Origin: Mizuhopecten yessoensis
Taxonomy: Eukaryota
Direction: 5' to 3'
Length of the DNA: 64,000 bases
Assembly (NCBI RefSeq): GCF_002113885.1
Contig: NW_018407245.1
Span: 64,775-128,774, forward strand
Program-made: the position numbers and the translations under genes
The notes under the pieces: generated by a model
What the model saw: only the letters and a program-made list of their open reading frames with translations
Told to the model about the DNA's origin: nothing
Database searches by the model: none
Part shown: positions 13,900 through 28,400 of the stretch, one piece after another
Layout of the letters: each line of letters starts with the position of its first letter
Numbering within the stretch: the first letter of the stretch is position 1

Positions 13900-16800
13900 T
13901 GTTACACTCTGTCCCCCTAGTCGGTCACATATATAAAGTTTCACCGTGCCCCCTTAATCGGTCACATCTATATACGTAACCAAGTGTTTCACCGTGCCCC
14001 CTTAATCGGTCACATCATTATACGTAACTAAGTGTTTCTCTGTGTCCCCTTAATCGGTCATATCTATATAGCTTATCAGGTGTTGCACTGTGTCCCCTAG
14101 TTAAGCACATCTATATAGCTAGCTAGGTGTTACACTGTGCCCCCTAGTTAATCACATCTATATAGCTTACCAGGTGTTACACTGTGTACCCCTAGTCGGT
14201 CACAACTATATAACTAACCAGGTGTTACACTGTGCCCCCTTAGTCAGGCACATCTATATAGCTAGCCAGGTGTTACACTGTGCCCCTTTGGTCAGGCACA
14301 TCTATATAACTAACCGGGTGTTACACTGTGCCCCTTTGGTCAGGCACATCTATATAACTAACCAGGTGTTACGCTGTGCCCCTTTGGTCAGGCACATCTA
14401 TATAACTAACCGGGTGTTACACTGTGCCCCTTTGGTCAGGCACATCTATATAACTAACCGGGTGTTACACTGTGCCCCTTTGGTCAGGCACATCTATATA
14501 GCTAGCCCGATGTTGCACTGTGCCCCTTTGGTCAGGCACATCTATATAGCTAGCCAGATGTTACACTGTGCCCCCTTAGTCAGGCACATCTATATAGCTA
14601 GCCAGATGTTACACTGAGCCCCTTTGGTCAGGCACATCTATATAACTAACCAGGTGTTACACTGTGCCCCCTAGTTAATCACATCTATATAGCTAACCAG
14701 GTGTTACACTGTGTCCCCTTAGTCAGGCACATCTACATAACTAACCAGGTGTTACACTGTGCCCCTTTGGTCAGGCACATCTATATAGTTAACATGATGT
14801 TACACTGTGTCCCTTTGGTCATACACATATATATAGCTAACCAGGTGTTACACTGTGCCCCCTTGATAATCACATCTATATAGCTAACCAGGTGTTACAC
14901 TGTGTCCCCTTAGTCAGGCACACCTACATAACTAACCAGGTGTTACACTGCGCCCCTTTGGTCATGCACATCTATATAACTAACCAGGGGTTACACTGTG
15001 CCCCTTTGGTAGGGAACATCTATATAGTTAACATGATGTTACACTGTGCCCCTTTGGCCAGGCACATCTATATAGTTAACATGATGTTACACGGTGCCCC
15101 TTTGGTCAGGCACATCTCTATAGTTAACATGATGTTACACTGTGTCCCTTTGGTCATACAGATATATATAGCTAACCAGGTGTTGCACTGTGCCCCCTTG
15201 ATAATCACATCTATATAGCTAACCAGGTGTCACATTGTGCCCTTTTGGTCAGGCACATATTTATAGCTAACCAGATGTTACACTGTGCCCCCTAGTTAAT
15301 CGCATCTATATAACTAACCAGGTGTTACACTGTGCCCCTTTGGTCAGGCACATATTTATAGCTAACCAGGTGTTACACTGTGCCCCTAGTTAATCACATC
15401 TATAAAGATAAACAGTTGCTACACTGTGTCCCCTTAGGCGGTCACATCTATAAAGCTAACCAGATGTTACACTGTGCCCCCTTAGTCGGTCACACCTATA
15501 TAAATAGCCAGGTGTTACACTGTGCCCCCTAGGCGGTCACATCTATATAGCTAGCCATGTGTTACACTGTGTCCCCTAGTTAATCACATCTATATCTATA
15601 TAGCTAACCAGGTGTCACATTGTTCCCTTTTGGTCAGTCACATATATATAGCTAACCCGGTGTTACACTGTGCCCCTTTGGTCGGGCACATCTATAAAGC
15701 TAACCAGATGTTACACTGTGCCCCTTTGTTCAGGAACATCTATATAGTTAACATGATGTTCCACTGTGCCCCTTTGGTCAGTCACATATATATAGCTAAC
15801 CACGTGTTACACTGTGCCCCTAGTTAATCACATCTTTACACTGTGCCCCCTAGGCGGTCACATCTATAAAGCTAACCAGATGTTACACTGTGCCCCTTTG
15901 GTCAGTCACATATATATAGCTAACCAGGTGTTACACTGTGCCCCCCTAGATAATCACATCTATATCCATATAGCTAACCAGGTGTCACATTGTGCCCTTT
16001 TGGTCAGTCACATATTTATAGCTAACCAGGTGTTACACTGTGCCCCCTAGTTAATCACATCTATATAACTAACCAGGTGTTACACTGTGCCCCTTTGGTC
16101 AGGAACATCTATATAGTTAACATGATGTTACACTGTGCCCCTTTGGTCAGTCACATATATATAGCTAACCAGGTGTTACACTGTGCCCCCCTAGATAATC
16201 ACATCTATATCCATATAGCTAACCAGGTGTCACATTGTGCCCTTTTGGTCAGTCACATATTTATAGCTAACCAGGTGTTACACTGTGCCCCCTAGTTAAT
16301 CACATCTATATAACTAACCAGGTGTTACACTGTGTCCCTTTGGTCGGGCACATCTATAAAGCTAACCAGGTGTTACACTGTGCCCCTAGTTAATCACATC
16401 TATATAGATAAACAGGTGCTACACTGTGTCCCCTTAGGCGGTCACACCTATATAAATAGCCAGGTGTAACACTGTCCCCCCTAGGCGGTCACATCTATAT
16501 AGTTTACCAGGTGTTACACTGTGTCCCCTAGGCGGTCACATATATATAGCTAACCAGGTGTAACACTGTGCCCCCTAGATAATCACATCTATATCTATAT
16601 AGCTAACCAGGTGTCACATTGTGCCCTTTTGGTCAGGCACATATTTATAGCTAACCAGGTGTAACACTGTGCCCCCTAGGCGGTCACATCTATAAAGCTA
16701 ACCAGGTGTTACACTGTGCCCCCTAGATAATCACATCTATAAAGCTAACCAGGTGTAACACTGTGCCCCCTAGGCGGTCACATCTATATAAATAGCCAGG

Positions 16801-17160
16801 TGTAACACTGTGCCCCCTAGTTAATCACACCAATATAGTTTACCAGGTGTTACACTGTGCCCCCTTAGTCGGTCATACCTATATAAATAGCCAGGTGTAA
16901 CACTGTGCCCCCTAGTTAATCACATCTATATAGTTTACCAGGTGTTACACTGTGCCCCCTAGGCGGTCATACCTATATAAATAGCCAGGTGTAACACTGT
17001 GCCCCCTAGTTAATCACATCTATATAGTTTACCAGGTGTTACACTGTGTCCCCTTACTCTGTATGTATATTGCGCGTGCATATGTCCTTGTTTTTACACT
17101 GTACCCTCTTATAAGTACATGATACGTACATCAGTCCAGGTGTTACACTTTGTGCCCCTG
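13900..17160. repeat. ~42-bp satellite array (ctatatagctaaccaggtgttacactgtgcccc...)
   Basis: About 3.2 kb of tandem units with degenerate edges; source of the LHCAPLVRHIYI ORFs. Confidence 0.97.
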
Positions 17161-18155
17161 TCCCTAAGTCAGTAAGTGTACAATGCCCCTCCCCACCCCC
17201 ACCCCCACCATGTACGGTGTTACACCGCTATCCCTAGTCAGTTAGTACATAGTCACACCTTGTCGTCTTCCGTAATGGAATTCCCAATCATACTAAAACG
17301 GTTTACGTTACATATAGATCGTGAAACATTTAAACAAGACTTCATGGTCTAAACCTCTGCTTAAGTTTGTTAAATAAAGCGGGCTGAAGTACAGTTCTTT
17401 CTTTGAACTGTCACAGAATATGTTACAAAACGTACCCTCAGATTGCCCGTAACAGTGTCATTACGGTAACCGAGGCTACAGGGTGTAGCCTGCCGTTTGA
17501 TGTGCAGTTTGAGTAGAGGTTCAAGACAATAGATGCGTACTCACAGACGACCTTCACGAGAAACAAAAGCGTATCATCATAAGTGCTCTTTTTACATTTT
17601 AATATATTTTTGTCTAAATAAAAGGAATATGATATTTTGGGGGACGAGATATGGTTCGCCTTTTCTTCCTGGCTGAAATGGTTATCACAGTTTGAATACG
17701 TCCCTGGTTACACTTGATACGCATGCCCCCCTAGTGTGGGTAGTTATCAACCAACCAATCACGCGTTTTCGTCTATTAGGTAACTGAATTCACTTTATAT
17801 CTATATAAAGCTGAGGTTAGTCATGGTTTTATTTGACCCCAGTATCTCAACATCGTGATTTAAAGTGAAAAATGTACGGTAAGAGAAAAGGGCAACCATT
17901 GGAACATTTAGTTAGAAAACAAAATCTGTCGTAAAAAGAATTAACATGAAATAAAATGGATCTCTATCAACAATTAAGATCTCTCATTAACGTTGAGATA
18001 TATAATATAATGTGTCAGATTAATAAATTAATTAATCGGTGATCTATACTTCATGACATAATTATAAATTATGTTGAGGTGAATATATGGTTATATAAAC
18101 CTGAAAGAGTTATATTAACCTGGACAAAGTCGATTAAAAGTTCGTAATTGTTATA

Positions 18156-18440
18156 TTATGTAAAATGTAAACAGACAGTCAGACAAAATTACGCATAGGA
18201 GATATCCTATGCGTAATTTTGTCTGACTGTCTGTTTACATTTTACATAAATATATACCACACGTCTGTCTGTCTGTCTGTCTGTTTGACTGTCTGTTTAC
18301 ATTTTACATAAATATCTACCACACGTCTGTCTGTCTGTCTGACTGTCTGTTTACATTTTACATAAATATATACCACACGTCTGTCTGTCTGTTTACATTT
18401 TACATAAATATCTAACACACGTCTGTCTGTCTGTCCGTTT
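18156..18440. repeat. Perfect ~45-bp-arm palindrome followed by a (GTCT)n-containing minisatellite
   Basis: ttatgtaaaatgtaaacagacagtcagacaaaattacgcatagga-gata-exact reverse complement; the right arm seeds the downstream repeats. Confidence 0.85.
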
Positions 18441-19158
18441 GTCCGTCTGAACCACGTGTTTACGTCGACTGTAAAGGAGATGCATGAACACAAGTTATTA
18501 GTACTTATGACATTATATTGAATTAAACTAAGAGTGGTAAATTAAACACGGAGAGTACGATAAGTAATACAATCATAATGTATTCTGAATACATCCCACC
18601 TCGATGGCTTGAAGGTTGTACCAGGGCCATGCCAGTGATTTAAACCATAAGTCGAATATGATCCACTTTCGTTATAATGTCTTCAGTACTGGTAGCTTCG
18701 GCCAAAACGTTTTATTGAACTACGAACTCGTCCTGTATACAATACTAGATATTTAATTTTATCAGCGAATGTTTGCTCAAACACATCATAAAGTGACAGA
18801 CTTAAATGATAAGTGTCTAAATATATATTAATCACTTTCATATTCTCCCTCAGTTCAAATAAATTTGTTTCTTCATAAAACAACACATAGTTGTGGCCTA
18901 TCACCCATTACACCCCACTCGTCTGACACCTACCTACTGTCCGTACCCACAACGGCAGGTNAGACGGTTGGTTCTATATAGTATAGATAGCGGGGTACTG
19001 AACCAATAAATCTACCACATTTGCAAGTTAAAACAGCGTTTGATATGCATAATACGTACATGTGTATATAATGGAAGTGTACTTTTATTCAAGATAAACT
19101 GATATATCATACATATACATGTATATCGGTACACTACGTTCTCAGCAGTGTACAAGAG

Positions 19159-19355
19159 CACAGGGGCATGGGAAGGTGTTACTGCTATATTTGGACCTAA
19201 ATGTTTTAGGGGTTTAGATCGACTTAGAATGACATTGGGGTGTCATTTTTTTTTACCGGAAGTTGGTCTAAACCCCTAAAACATGTAAGATTACTCGGAA
19301 CATCTTAGTTTAGGTCCAAATTAATATAGCTGTAACAATTTCTCAGGTCCCGGTG
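19159..19355. mobile_element. MITE, same family as 5950-6180
   Basis: Inverted ends cacaggg..gttactgctatatttggacctaaa / tttaggtccaaa..tatagctgtaacaatttctcaggtcccggtg; shared internal ttttaggggttt/aaacccctaaaa. Confidence 0.75.
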
Positions 19356-19789
19356 TACATATTTACATCTTTACTTAATCAATGTTCGGGTGTTTGAGGC
19401 ACTTTTGATTTACAAACCGTGCTTATCAAATCAATCGTATTACATGAAATTGTAGTACTGCCGTGATACCTTACGTCAATGCAAAATGTATGTTTTCAAA
19501 TCGCGAAGACCAGCATGAATTATTTATAATGTATACTCTCCTGTGGCGTTAGGCTACGACTTTCTCACGTATATGCTATATTTGGTGTCCGATCTTCAAT
19601 ATCAAGTCCACGTATGAACACCTCCAAATTATCGACTCGGCAAGATATGGCATCAATACAGTGATTAGCATATCTCGAAACGTTTCGATGTCATCCAGTG
19701 CTCAAAAAATAATCTGTATTTCGCTGTATTGTATTACAATCCTTCGCAGTATCCCCCACCCCATCCCCCGGCCTAAAGGCATACCGTTT

Positions 19790-20334
19790 CCAAGAGTGTC
19801 TAGTTAAGGAAAGGTGAAGAAGTCTAAAAGACTTGGATCTGTACAATGTTGCTTTTGTGAGATGAAGCATTGTCGTGAATTAGCTAGATGTCGTTCAACC
19901 CTTTACTTGCAGGCTTTCTCATGTAGAATCTTTTGACATGCCTCAGTACTTTGTCTCTTTAAAACCTGGCAGTGATAGTTTTCCCTTCCTTGCACGGTAT
20001 CTGAAACAAAGGCCGTGTGCTCTCTTTGTTGTCAACTTCACCATTCTTTAAGTTGTTCAACTACCTGAAAACAGTTCTCAATGTGACGGTAGAAGTGCCT
20101 TTTATGTCGTACAACTCTGCATGGATCTGTTTTGGTGGTATACCTGAAGCACACCGTGCTTTAACACAGGAGCGTATTTACCATTAGACACGAGTGCATA
20201 CCGGGGGGAACCATTCAACCATAAATAACTTGTTCAATTCTTGTCGGATGACGTAGACATTTTGCAAGTGCATTGTTTTTCAAGTGCTTTTGCAGTCTGC
20301 CAAGGCGCTAAACTATTGTATTGCCCTTTCATAC
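19790..20334 (-). mobile_element. Decayed mariner (Tc1/mariner) transposon with transposase pseudogene
   Basis: Minus-strand translation gives IRSCVKARCASGIPPKQIHAEL (HTH-like) and GKTITARF*RDKVL...DI*LIHDNASSHK (mariner HDNA motif) with stops; mariner-like end tatgaaagggcaatacaatagttt near 20334. Confidence 0.75.
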
Positions 20335-20548
20335 AATGAACTTAGTAACTGTATTACCCTGTGTATGTTGTTTTGAATTGTTAACCTCTTGTTACACACA
20401 CAAGTTTGTCAAGAGTGTAATAAAGAATCTGAATTTGAATCATACGGGAGTTGTGTGGTGACCGAAATTATTGATTAGCCTTACAGGCCATCTTCAAAAT
20501 CAAAGAGTACCACTCTCTGTGTATGAGAACGAAACAATCGAATTTCAA

Positions 20549-20659
20549 AGATACCCATAGACAATTTCCTACATAAAATGCGTCGAGTCCTTCAAGTGAT
20601 GGTCTGTTTCACTTGAAGGACTCGACGCCTTTTATGTAGGAAATCGTCTATGGGTATCT
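20549..20659. repeat. Near-perfect hairpin with ~51-bp arms (palindromic element)
   Basis: agatacccatagac..gagtccttcaagtga / tcacttgaaggactc..gtctatgggtatct. Confidence 0.85.
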
Positions 20660-22914
20660 CAGCAACAGTTTGTCCATTGGCATGATAGCCAATGTTGACT
20701 TTTGAACCAAACTACCACGGTTCAAGGTTGACCTTTGACCTCAATATGATATCTAGAAAAAAATTGCACTGCTAATCCACGTAACACACACAAACATCGT
20801 GCATGTATAATTTAATAGTCCTTTAACGACTTCAAAAAAGTATGACAGGTAAGTTAAAACAGTTTATTAAAGATCATTACCGAATGCAGACGAAAACACT
20901 AGATTCCCATGTTTTTTTTTTTTATATATACAGTAATTACCTCCCCTTAACTTCGTTTTGGAAATAACTAGCGCAATTTGACAAAGGCACCACGTTGATA
21001 GAGCTAATACATAACAATCTGTAAGGTCCAGGGTTCGAACCCTGGTCTGGCTACGCTTAACTTTTACACTTAGAACAGTCATTGATCATATTTTGTTCAT
21101 TTTCACAAAAGTCTTGTAGTAAATTATACTTTTTTCAGGAATGACTTATCAAAGCTATAATCATACCAGGAAAAACAGTCTCCGATTCATAGTTAGTTTA
21201 TATGACAGTGGTACGAGATCCTTTAATGTGAATATTTTATATCATATAACTTTTATTTTAGAGACTGAAATGTTCAGCCTTGTACCATGCAATCTTACAC
21301 ACTTCAAAAACAAATAACTTAACACACCGTATAGCTGCATATTTTTATTTCAATAATTCGTTCATACATTTATAGTTACATATTTTAAATATTTGTGACG
21401 AAGGAAGTTAATCAAATATGTACATTCTTGTTATTTTGAATTTCATTGCGTAATAAAACTATTTAAAATCTGATAAAAAGAATCAGTTAAAAGGGACATG
21501 AAGTGCTGCTATCAAGGAAGGGAGTCACTGTCTGTCAACGAAGAAAAGTGTAAAAGTCTGAAATTAAATTTCTTCAGTCATAAAACTAAAGAAATATCTA
21601 TATTAGAAATATGCTGACCCTTCAAAACAATTCCTTTGCACATTAACAAGTAGAAATTCACATTTTTGAATGAAATCAACGTCACAATTACTGACATTGG
21701 GCTCAAAGTACAGTAGGTCATTTGAGTGGATCAGAAAAAACAACTCCATTGCTAGTTACAAGTGGAGAAAACCCCCACCACACAATTCAGTGTTATGAAG
21801 TATTTTAAGTATCTATATTTCCCATACCAGTTCTATCAAAAAGGTTTTCCACTTGATCAGTAAAAACCTAACTTTGATAATGCAATGTACCTGGATTTTG
21901 GCTTGTACTTATGAATCATTTGAATGGCCCTGTTTGAGCAAACTAGAATTGCCACGTGGAAGCTTAAAGTAAGATGGTAAACTGTTACAATCTATACCGA
22001 TAATACGTGAAGGTTTGAAGGAAACGCCAATCTACAAACTAGAATCACAAAATGAAGACTTCCAGTGAAGACTAGCATTGTTTTTAGTACACTTTATGTG
22101 GTGTAAGTCTGCTATACAATAACAATCTCACAAGCCGATACAGTGACTGTGCCTTATTGACACACTGTAGAAATGACCTGCTGTTGTTAATTTTAATATA
22201 TTTCCCAAGTCTTCTTAGGGTTTGAATTGAATGTTGTTTTCTGTGTTGTTTTCAAAGACAAACACTGACATGACCCAGATTGTGGTCTATCAGGCGGCCA
22301 TAATGTCACTGGTTACCATGGCAAACCCTGTTGAGTTTAGGTTTCCGAATCTTTCTTCAAGAATGTTTTGTTATTGATTATCAAGTCAGACACAACTAAA
22401 GCGTTACTTTTGCAGCCTCTATAACAAAATAGCTGCTTCGCTGAGCCATGGATCTAATCTAATTCTGTGGTTGGGCACACTTTTTTCAACCCTGGCAACT
22501 ATTTGGCATATTATAACTGCAAATTCATCACTCTTACATAAAAGGTATGAAAGAAAAACAATGATATGTTTGGGGAACAATAGGTTTGTATGGGACACAT
22601 TGATATGTATGAGGAAAAAAAGGTTTATATGGGGAACAATAGGTTTACATGGAGAAATCTAGGTATACACAGGAATGGCCGACACAATTAGTATCGACAG
22701 TTTTCTATACAAATAACAATCAGCGTAACTACTTGACAAAAGTAACCAAAAACGCCTTTCCACAAGGCCATGAATCAATGAACTAGTACGAAAAATTGCA
22801 ATGAGACTGTGTGACAACCCAGAAATGTTATATCAGTACAAAAAACAAATTAGAGCTAGTGATTTTCTTCCTTCGTATAATTTTATTTGTTATTTTAGTG
22901 AACTGAGACGAGAT

Positions 22915-23460
22915 GTTATACTGAGTCTGAGACAAACACAGGATAACGAGGCTGAGACAAACACAGGATACTGAATCCGAGACAAACACAGGATGCTGAA
23001 TCTGAGACAAACACAGGAAGCTGAGTCCGAGACAAACCCAGGATGCTGAATCTGAGACAAACACAGGCTATCGAGGCTGAGACAAACACAGGAAGCTGAT
23101 TCCGAGACAAACACATGATGCTGAATCTGAGACAAACACAGGCTATCGTGGCTGAGACAAACACAGGAAGCTGAGTCTGAGACAAACACAGGATACTGAG
23201 TCTGAGACAAACACAGGAAGCTGAGTCTGAGACAAACACAGGCTTTCGTGGCTGACACAAACACAGGAAGCTGAGTCTGAGACAAACACATGTATGCTGA
23301 GTCTGAGACAAACAAATGTATGCTGAGTTTGAGACAAACACAGGATGCTGAGTTTGAGACAAACACAGGATGCTGAATCTGAGACAAACACAGGATACTG
23401 ACTCCGAGACAAATACAGGCTATCGTGGCTGAGACAAACACTGGATAGCAAGGCTGAGAC
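22915..23460. repeat. 24-bp minisatellite (gctgagtctgagacaaacacagga)
   Basis: About 22 tandem copies downstream of the TUT stop codon. Confidence 0.95.
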
Positions 23461-25292
23461 ATGGCTAGGAATTCTACAACACTAATCACTTCACACAACA
23501 TGTAAACCTACACACATATCATCTAAATGAAAAATGTATCCAAAGTACACAATGTCATACTGGCGTTTATCTTGAGAGATGATTCACTTAATCTTAATCA
23601 CAACATATCTGTAGCTTCAGTGAGAGAATCATGTCAATGGAAATTGTAATTTTGAGTGTTTTTCCTCTCCTAGGGTCAAAATTACTCCTTTTAATGAAAG
23701 CATAACTAATTCATTTATATCATACCCTGGTATTTCATTTGTATGGTAAAAAGTTATTTCTGAAACTTCTGATTTTTTTCTACATACATGTGTCCCTCAG
23801 TGAAAAATGTTACATGCACAAAACTAAACTTATATATACCGTTTGGAAGGCGATGAACGAATACACCAATTATGTTGTACATATGTGAAGTTAGACATGA
23901 CAAAAATGACTTTTTTGAGTTATGGTAAATAGAGATATTTCAAATTCAATTCGAGTTAATTATCCACACTTACATATGTGTACAATCTTAATCTGGGTGT
24001 CTGGAGTTTGCAAGCAGCATGCGTAAAACAATCTACAATTTTAACCTCCGGAGTTTGTAAACTGCATGAGTAATACTTTTGTCTATAATCTCAAATCATG
24101 GCCCAACACCTAAATACAAAAACCATAAACTAAGCATTTACGTGTTATAACAAGTACGGTAACAACAACAGCAAATATGACAGATTTTAATTTCACTGTT
24201 CGCCGAGGACTTTCCATTAGAATTTTTCTCAAAATATCTCAATTTTTTTTCGGTTCTTATTTCTCAAAAATAAAAAGATGACATAAAAAATGTAGCTACC
24301 ATGTTATAAATTTGGTAAAAAAAAAATCTTACAAAAATATTTGTTTCCTTTTCATGATTGTTATGTTGTAGTTTTTCACAAAGAATATTTGAACATATTG
24401 CTGTTCCTTTATTAACCCATTTTTTACCACTTGTAAAACAAGTGGAAGAGGATCTTATTATGAAAGATGGCATAACGGGGCAGTTTGATTTTTTTCCCAT
24501 AGCAACATTTTCCTCAACAGATCAAATACAATTTATTCTGAAAACAGCTTTCTGAATGATGTGAGAACAAGTTTCAACTCTATATCTTATTTACAGCTGC
24601 CGAATCTCAAGAAAAATTGGAACAGTTTGATATAACACCTGATCAAAATGAAAATCAACACAAAAATTTTCAATGACAAAAAAAATCAAATAATCATCAA
24701 CTTTTCTAATCTATATGACCGGGGGTATTTAGCTTAGAAATTGTAACCCTACAAAGCAGTTTATGAGATTGAGAAAAGCATTTCATACATTAAATACTCC
24801 AATTCCTGCTATAAATTGTCATTTTAGTTCCTAGTAACTTTTCACTACAATACAATCATTTCAAACTGCCCACCTCATCAATAGAATGTAGAATTAATTC
24901 ATTACATTCACAAAGATCAATATATAAAACAACATTTGATGAAATAATCAAAATTTGGTATTTATGATTTATCTGAAGAAAGAATCATTTGTTCAGCCTA
25001 ACAATATATGGCCAACTGAAGTCTAGACCTTTCACTTTTGTCATTCTGAATGACTTCAGCTGCCTTGTATAAGGAGAAAAAAGATTCCACATCCCTTAGT
25101 GTTACAAATCCTGGTACGAACAGGTGATAGGTAAAAAACAGTGTGACTACTTGTAAAAGCTAATTTCCTCCTTTGTCGATTCGCAGACAGTTTGTTAGAC
25201 TGTCTGTGATTGGTGGTTTGGCAGCTCCTTTTCTTCTCTGTTGATTGGTGAACTTTTTTTGTAAGATGGTCTCTGATTGGTAGTTACAAAGT

Positions 25293-25423
25293 CTACTTCC
25301 TTCTCTGTTGATTTACATACTGTTTGTTATAAGACTGTCTCTGATTGGTGCCACCTCTGGCCCCACCTCCCTGGTTGCCTGGGTGACTAGACTGACGGTA
25401 CTGGTCATTAGGTACTGATACAC
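25293..25423 (-). CDS. TUT7: TUT4/7 coding exon 26 (terminal, TAG stop)
   Basis: ctcttag|GTGTATCA...QQRRK*; phase matches exon 25. Confidence 0.7.
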
Positions 25424-28400
25424 CTAAGAGTAAAAATGTGTTAAATCAATTAAATAATAATAATAATTTGAGGTTCTTATACACCACTTTATCACAACCC
25501 AGTTTGTAGGTCGTCTCAAAGCGGTTCACAAATTATCATCCGTGGTTATAGGGCCTTAGCAACCAGCCAATATCTTTCTAAACTCCCTGGGGAGCATACA
25601 GCAGGTGCTGCCATTTCAGCGCTCACAGCTAGCATTCAACAATTCTAGTAATGCCAAACCACGTGCTCATTTAAAGCTGAGTAGACTGGAACAATCGGAG
25701 TAAAGTATCTTGCTCAAAGATACAACACAGTGTCGTTAGGCATGCCTCGAACCCGCAACCCTTCGGTCACGAGCCTGGGGTCCTACCACTAGACTACCGT
25801 GCCTCCAATTAATAACTAGGAAAGCAACTACAGTAAAAGCCCTTGAACTCTAATCCTCTGTCGCAAAACAACTTCATTGGATAAGGAAAAGAAATCATGG
25901 AAGGCAGCTTTCGGTGTCAAAATCATTATTCTCATTCCTGTACGAATGTGACTTTTACAAAATACATGTAACAGATGGACAAAGACCGATGACAGAGTGA
26001 AGCAGGGGAGACATGAATAACAGAAGTGAAGCTTAGTATTACAAAACCATTTTTTTCTTAATCCTGTTTATTTTCAACATCATTTCCATAGCAGCTTTAC
26101 TTCAATAAGACTACAACTGCTTGAATATAATGAGGATAGACCGTGCATAGCTCCGATAACGTTACGACAACTTACCAATGTTGGGGGGTCCCATGTTACC
26201 CTGATTGGCTGCCATAGTAGTATAATGAGAATAGACCATGCATAAAAAATGTAGCTCCGATAACGTTACAACAACTTACCAATGTTGGGGGGTCCCATGT
26301 TACCCTGATTGGCTGCCATAGTAACTTGCCTTGGTGATGACCCAGGAGGAATGTTCTGAATATAAAATGAGATTAACGGTAAAAGTCATGATAGAGGATA
26401 CAAGAACACTTTCCATCATTTTTTTTCATTCTAATCAAAATTTGATTGTTCTTCTTAATACAAGAAAATGAAGTTGGTCCTTCAAAATTTTTAATTAAGA
26501 ATAATTAATTACAAGCAAGGTTAGTGTTAACTGTGACCAAGGTTATCAGGAAACTGTGTTAACTGCAAACAAGGTTAGTGTTAACTGTGACCAATGTTAT
26601 CAGTAAACTGTGTTAACTACAAACAAGGTTAGTGAGAGTATCTAAAGTGCAAACAAAATAGGAAATTAAGCTGATAACGAAGTCATACTTGAATGAAATT
26701 ATCGTAGGAATGTCAAATAATCAAATATTGTAAACTTATTTTCAGATTACCCAGGGTTTGTAATAAACATGTTTTACAGTTCAAATATTTTGGGGTTCAT
26801 ATCAATAACAGATGATTTTATAACATAAATATTAGTTGTTTGAAAATGAAAATAAGATAAGATGGGTCTTACATAGCTGTATCCCCCCTCCCAAGTCAAA
26901 TGTAACCTTTGACCCCTAAACCTTGACTGAAGAAAACCAAAATCTGATCAGGTTTAGCATCTGATGATATCATACTATGGTGTGAAAATGTAAACTAAAA
27001 GAGTGGTCAAATGTGACTTTTCACCCTTCGACCTTGACCAATGACCACCAAAATCTACTCAGTTGTAGAAATCAATGTAATAACACTCAGCTATGAATGT
27101 CAACTAAATCTGTTACTGGGTTCACGAGAGATTTTGTACACAAGCTTAAGTGATAAACCAAATACCCACTTACTAAAGTGAGGAGGGTGTAACTACATTT
27201 CTTCCCCAACCACTATTACATAGGTTTCCTTACTCCTGACTCACTGGATAAACTTGCTAGGAGTCAGTAAACACTCTAGTTACCCACTAGTGTGTAATAC
27301 CCTGGACGTGATTTGATCAGTCAATCTTCTAAATTATAACATCAAGGATCAAAGCTTTGCGATATCATCTTCCATTGTGACGTCATAGTTTATGGCAATT
27401 GTTTCCCTGATCGGAAACAGGAACATATGGTTTTCTAGACATAATATCTGAACATTGTGGGAGAAAAAGGTCCCCAAACTCGTGATGGGTTAGGGTTATC
27501 ATCTTGTTTATCTAACTCTTAGTAGTTAATTTTTAAATTGTAAAAGATACTCAGTAAACCTTGTGTCCTTATACAATTTGAAAATTAACTAACTCGAGTT
27601 AGATAAACATGATAACCAGCCATCACTCGTTGGGGAACCTCTATGTAACTATTGATGAGAGTATACCTGAGCATCATGAGAAGACTGAGGAATGATAGGT
27701 TGCTGTACAGAAAAGGATACTAGATCATGTCTACCCCTTGTCACCGTGGTAACACTAGGCACAGAACCCTGTAGCTCCAGGTGACGTGGGGAGGAGTGTA
27801 GAGGATGGTTAATCATGGGAACGAGGTGTCCCACCACCGTGTTAGGAGAGGAAGCAAGAAAGTTAGTGGCGACATAGGCCGAGTTAGTCGCCAATGGCGA
27901 TGTTGATAGTGATGAAGATGGACATGCATGTGGCGAGTGAGATAATTGCCATACAGGGTATGCGTTTGGTGGTGTTCCCTGGTGGCGCTGTTGTTGCTGC
28001 TGTTGTTGCTGAGACAAACGCTGTTGCTGCGGCTGGTTTTGCATGAATTGATTCATCCAGGGATGGCCAGGCATCCCCTTACTGTGTGGACTAGTGGACA
28101 TGTACGGCTCCTGGTACTGAGGCCGGCCTATTTGTTTAGGAGAAGACATTGGCCGGGGGTCATGACCTTGCTTCATAGGTGATACAGTTTGTCTAGGAGG
28201 TGGGTAGGAGTCGGATAGGTTGACTTTGGACCGTGGGCTACCACTGTAATTGCCCTGAGGGCTGCCACTGTTGAACTGCCTCGGTCCTGTCGACCTCTGG
28301 TTACCAAACGGCATGGGGATATTCTGAAAGGTAAACACAGGATAGTAAATACTGACTTATCTCATTTTATATGTTGGATAAGAGAAGAATCTGCCGCCGA

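Noticed and set aside
14174-16295. LHCAPLVRHIYI repeat ORFs; CRISPR-like appearance
   Set aside because: 42-bp satellite without unique spacers or cas genes, in a eukaryotic context
18961-18961. Single N base
   Set aside because: Assembly ambiguity or gap marker, not biology
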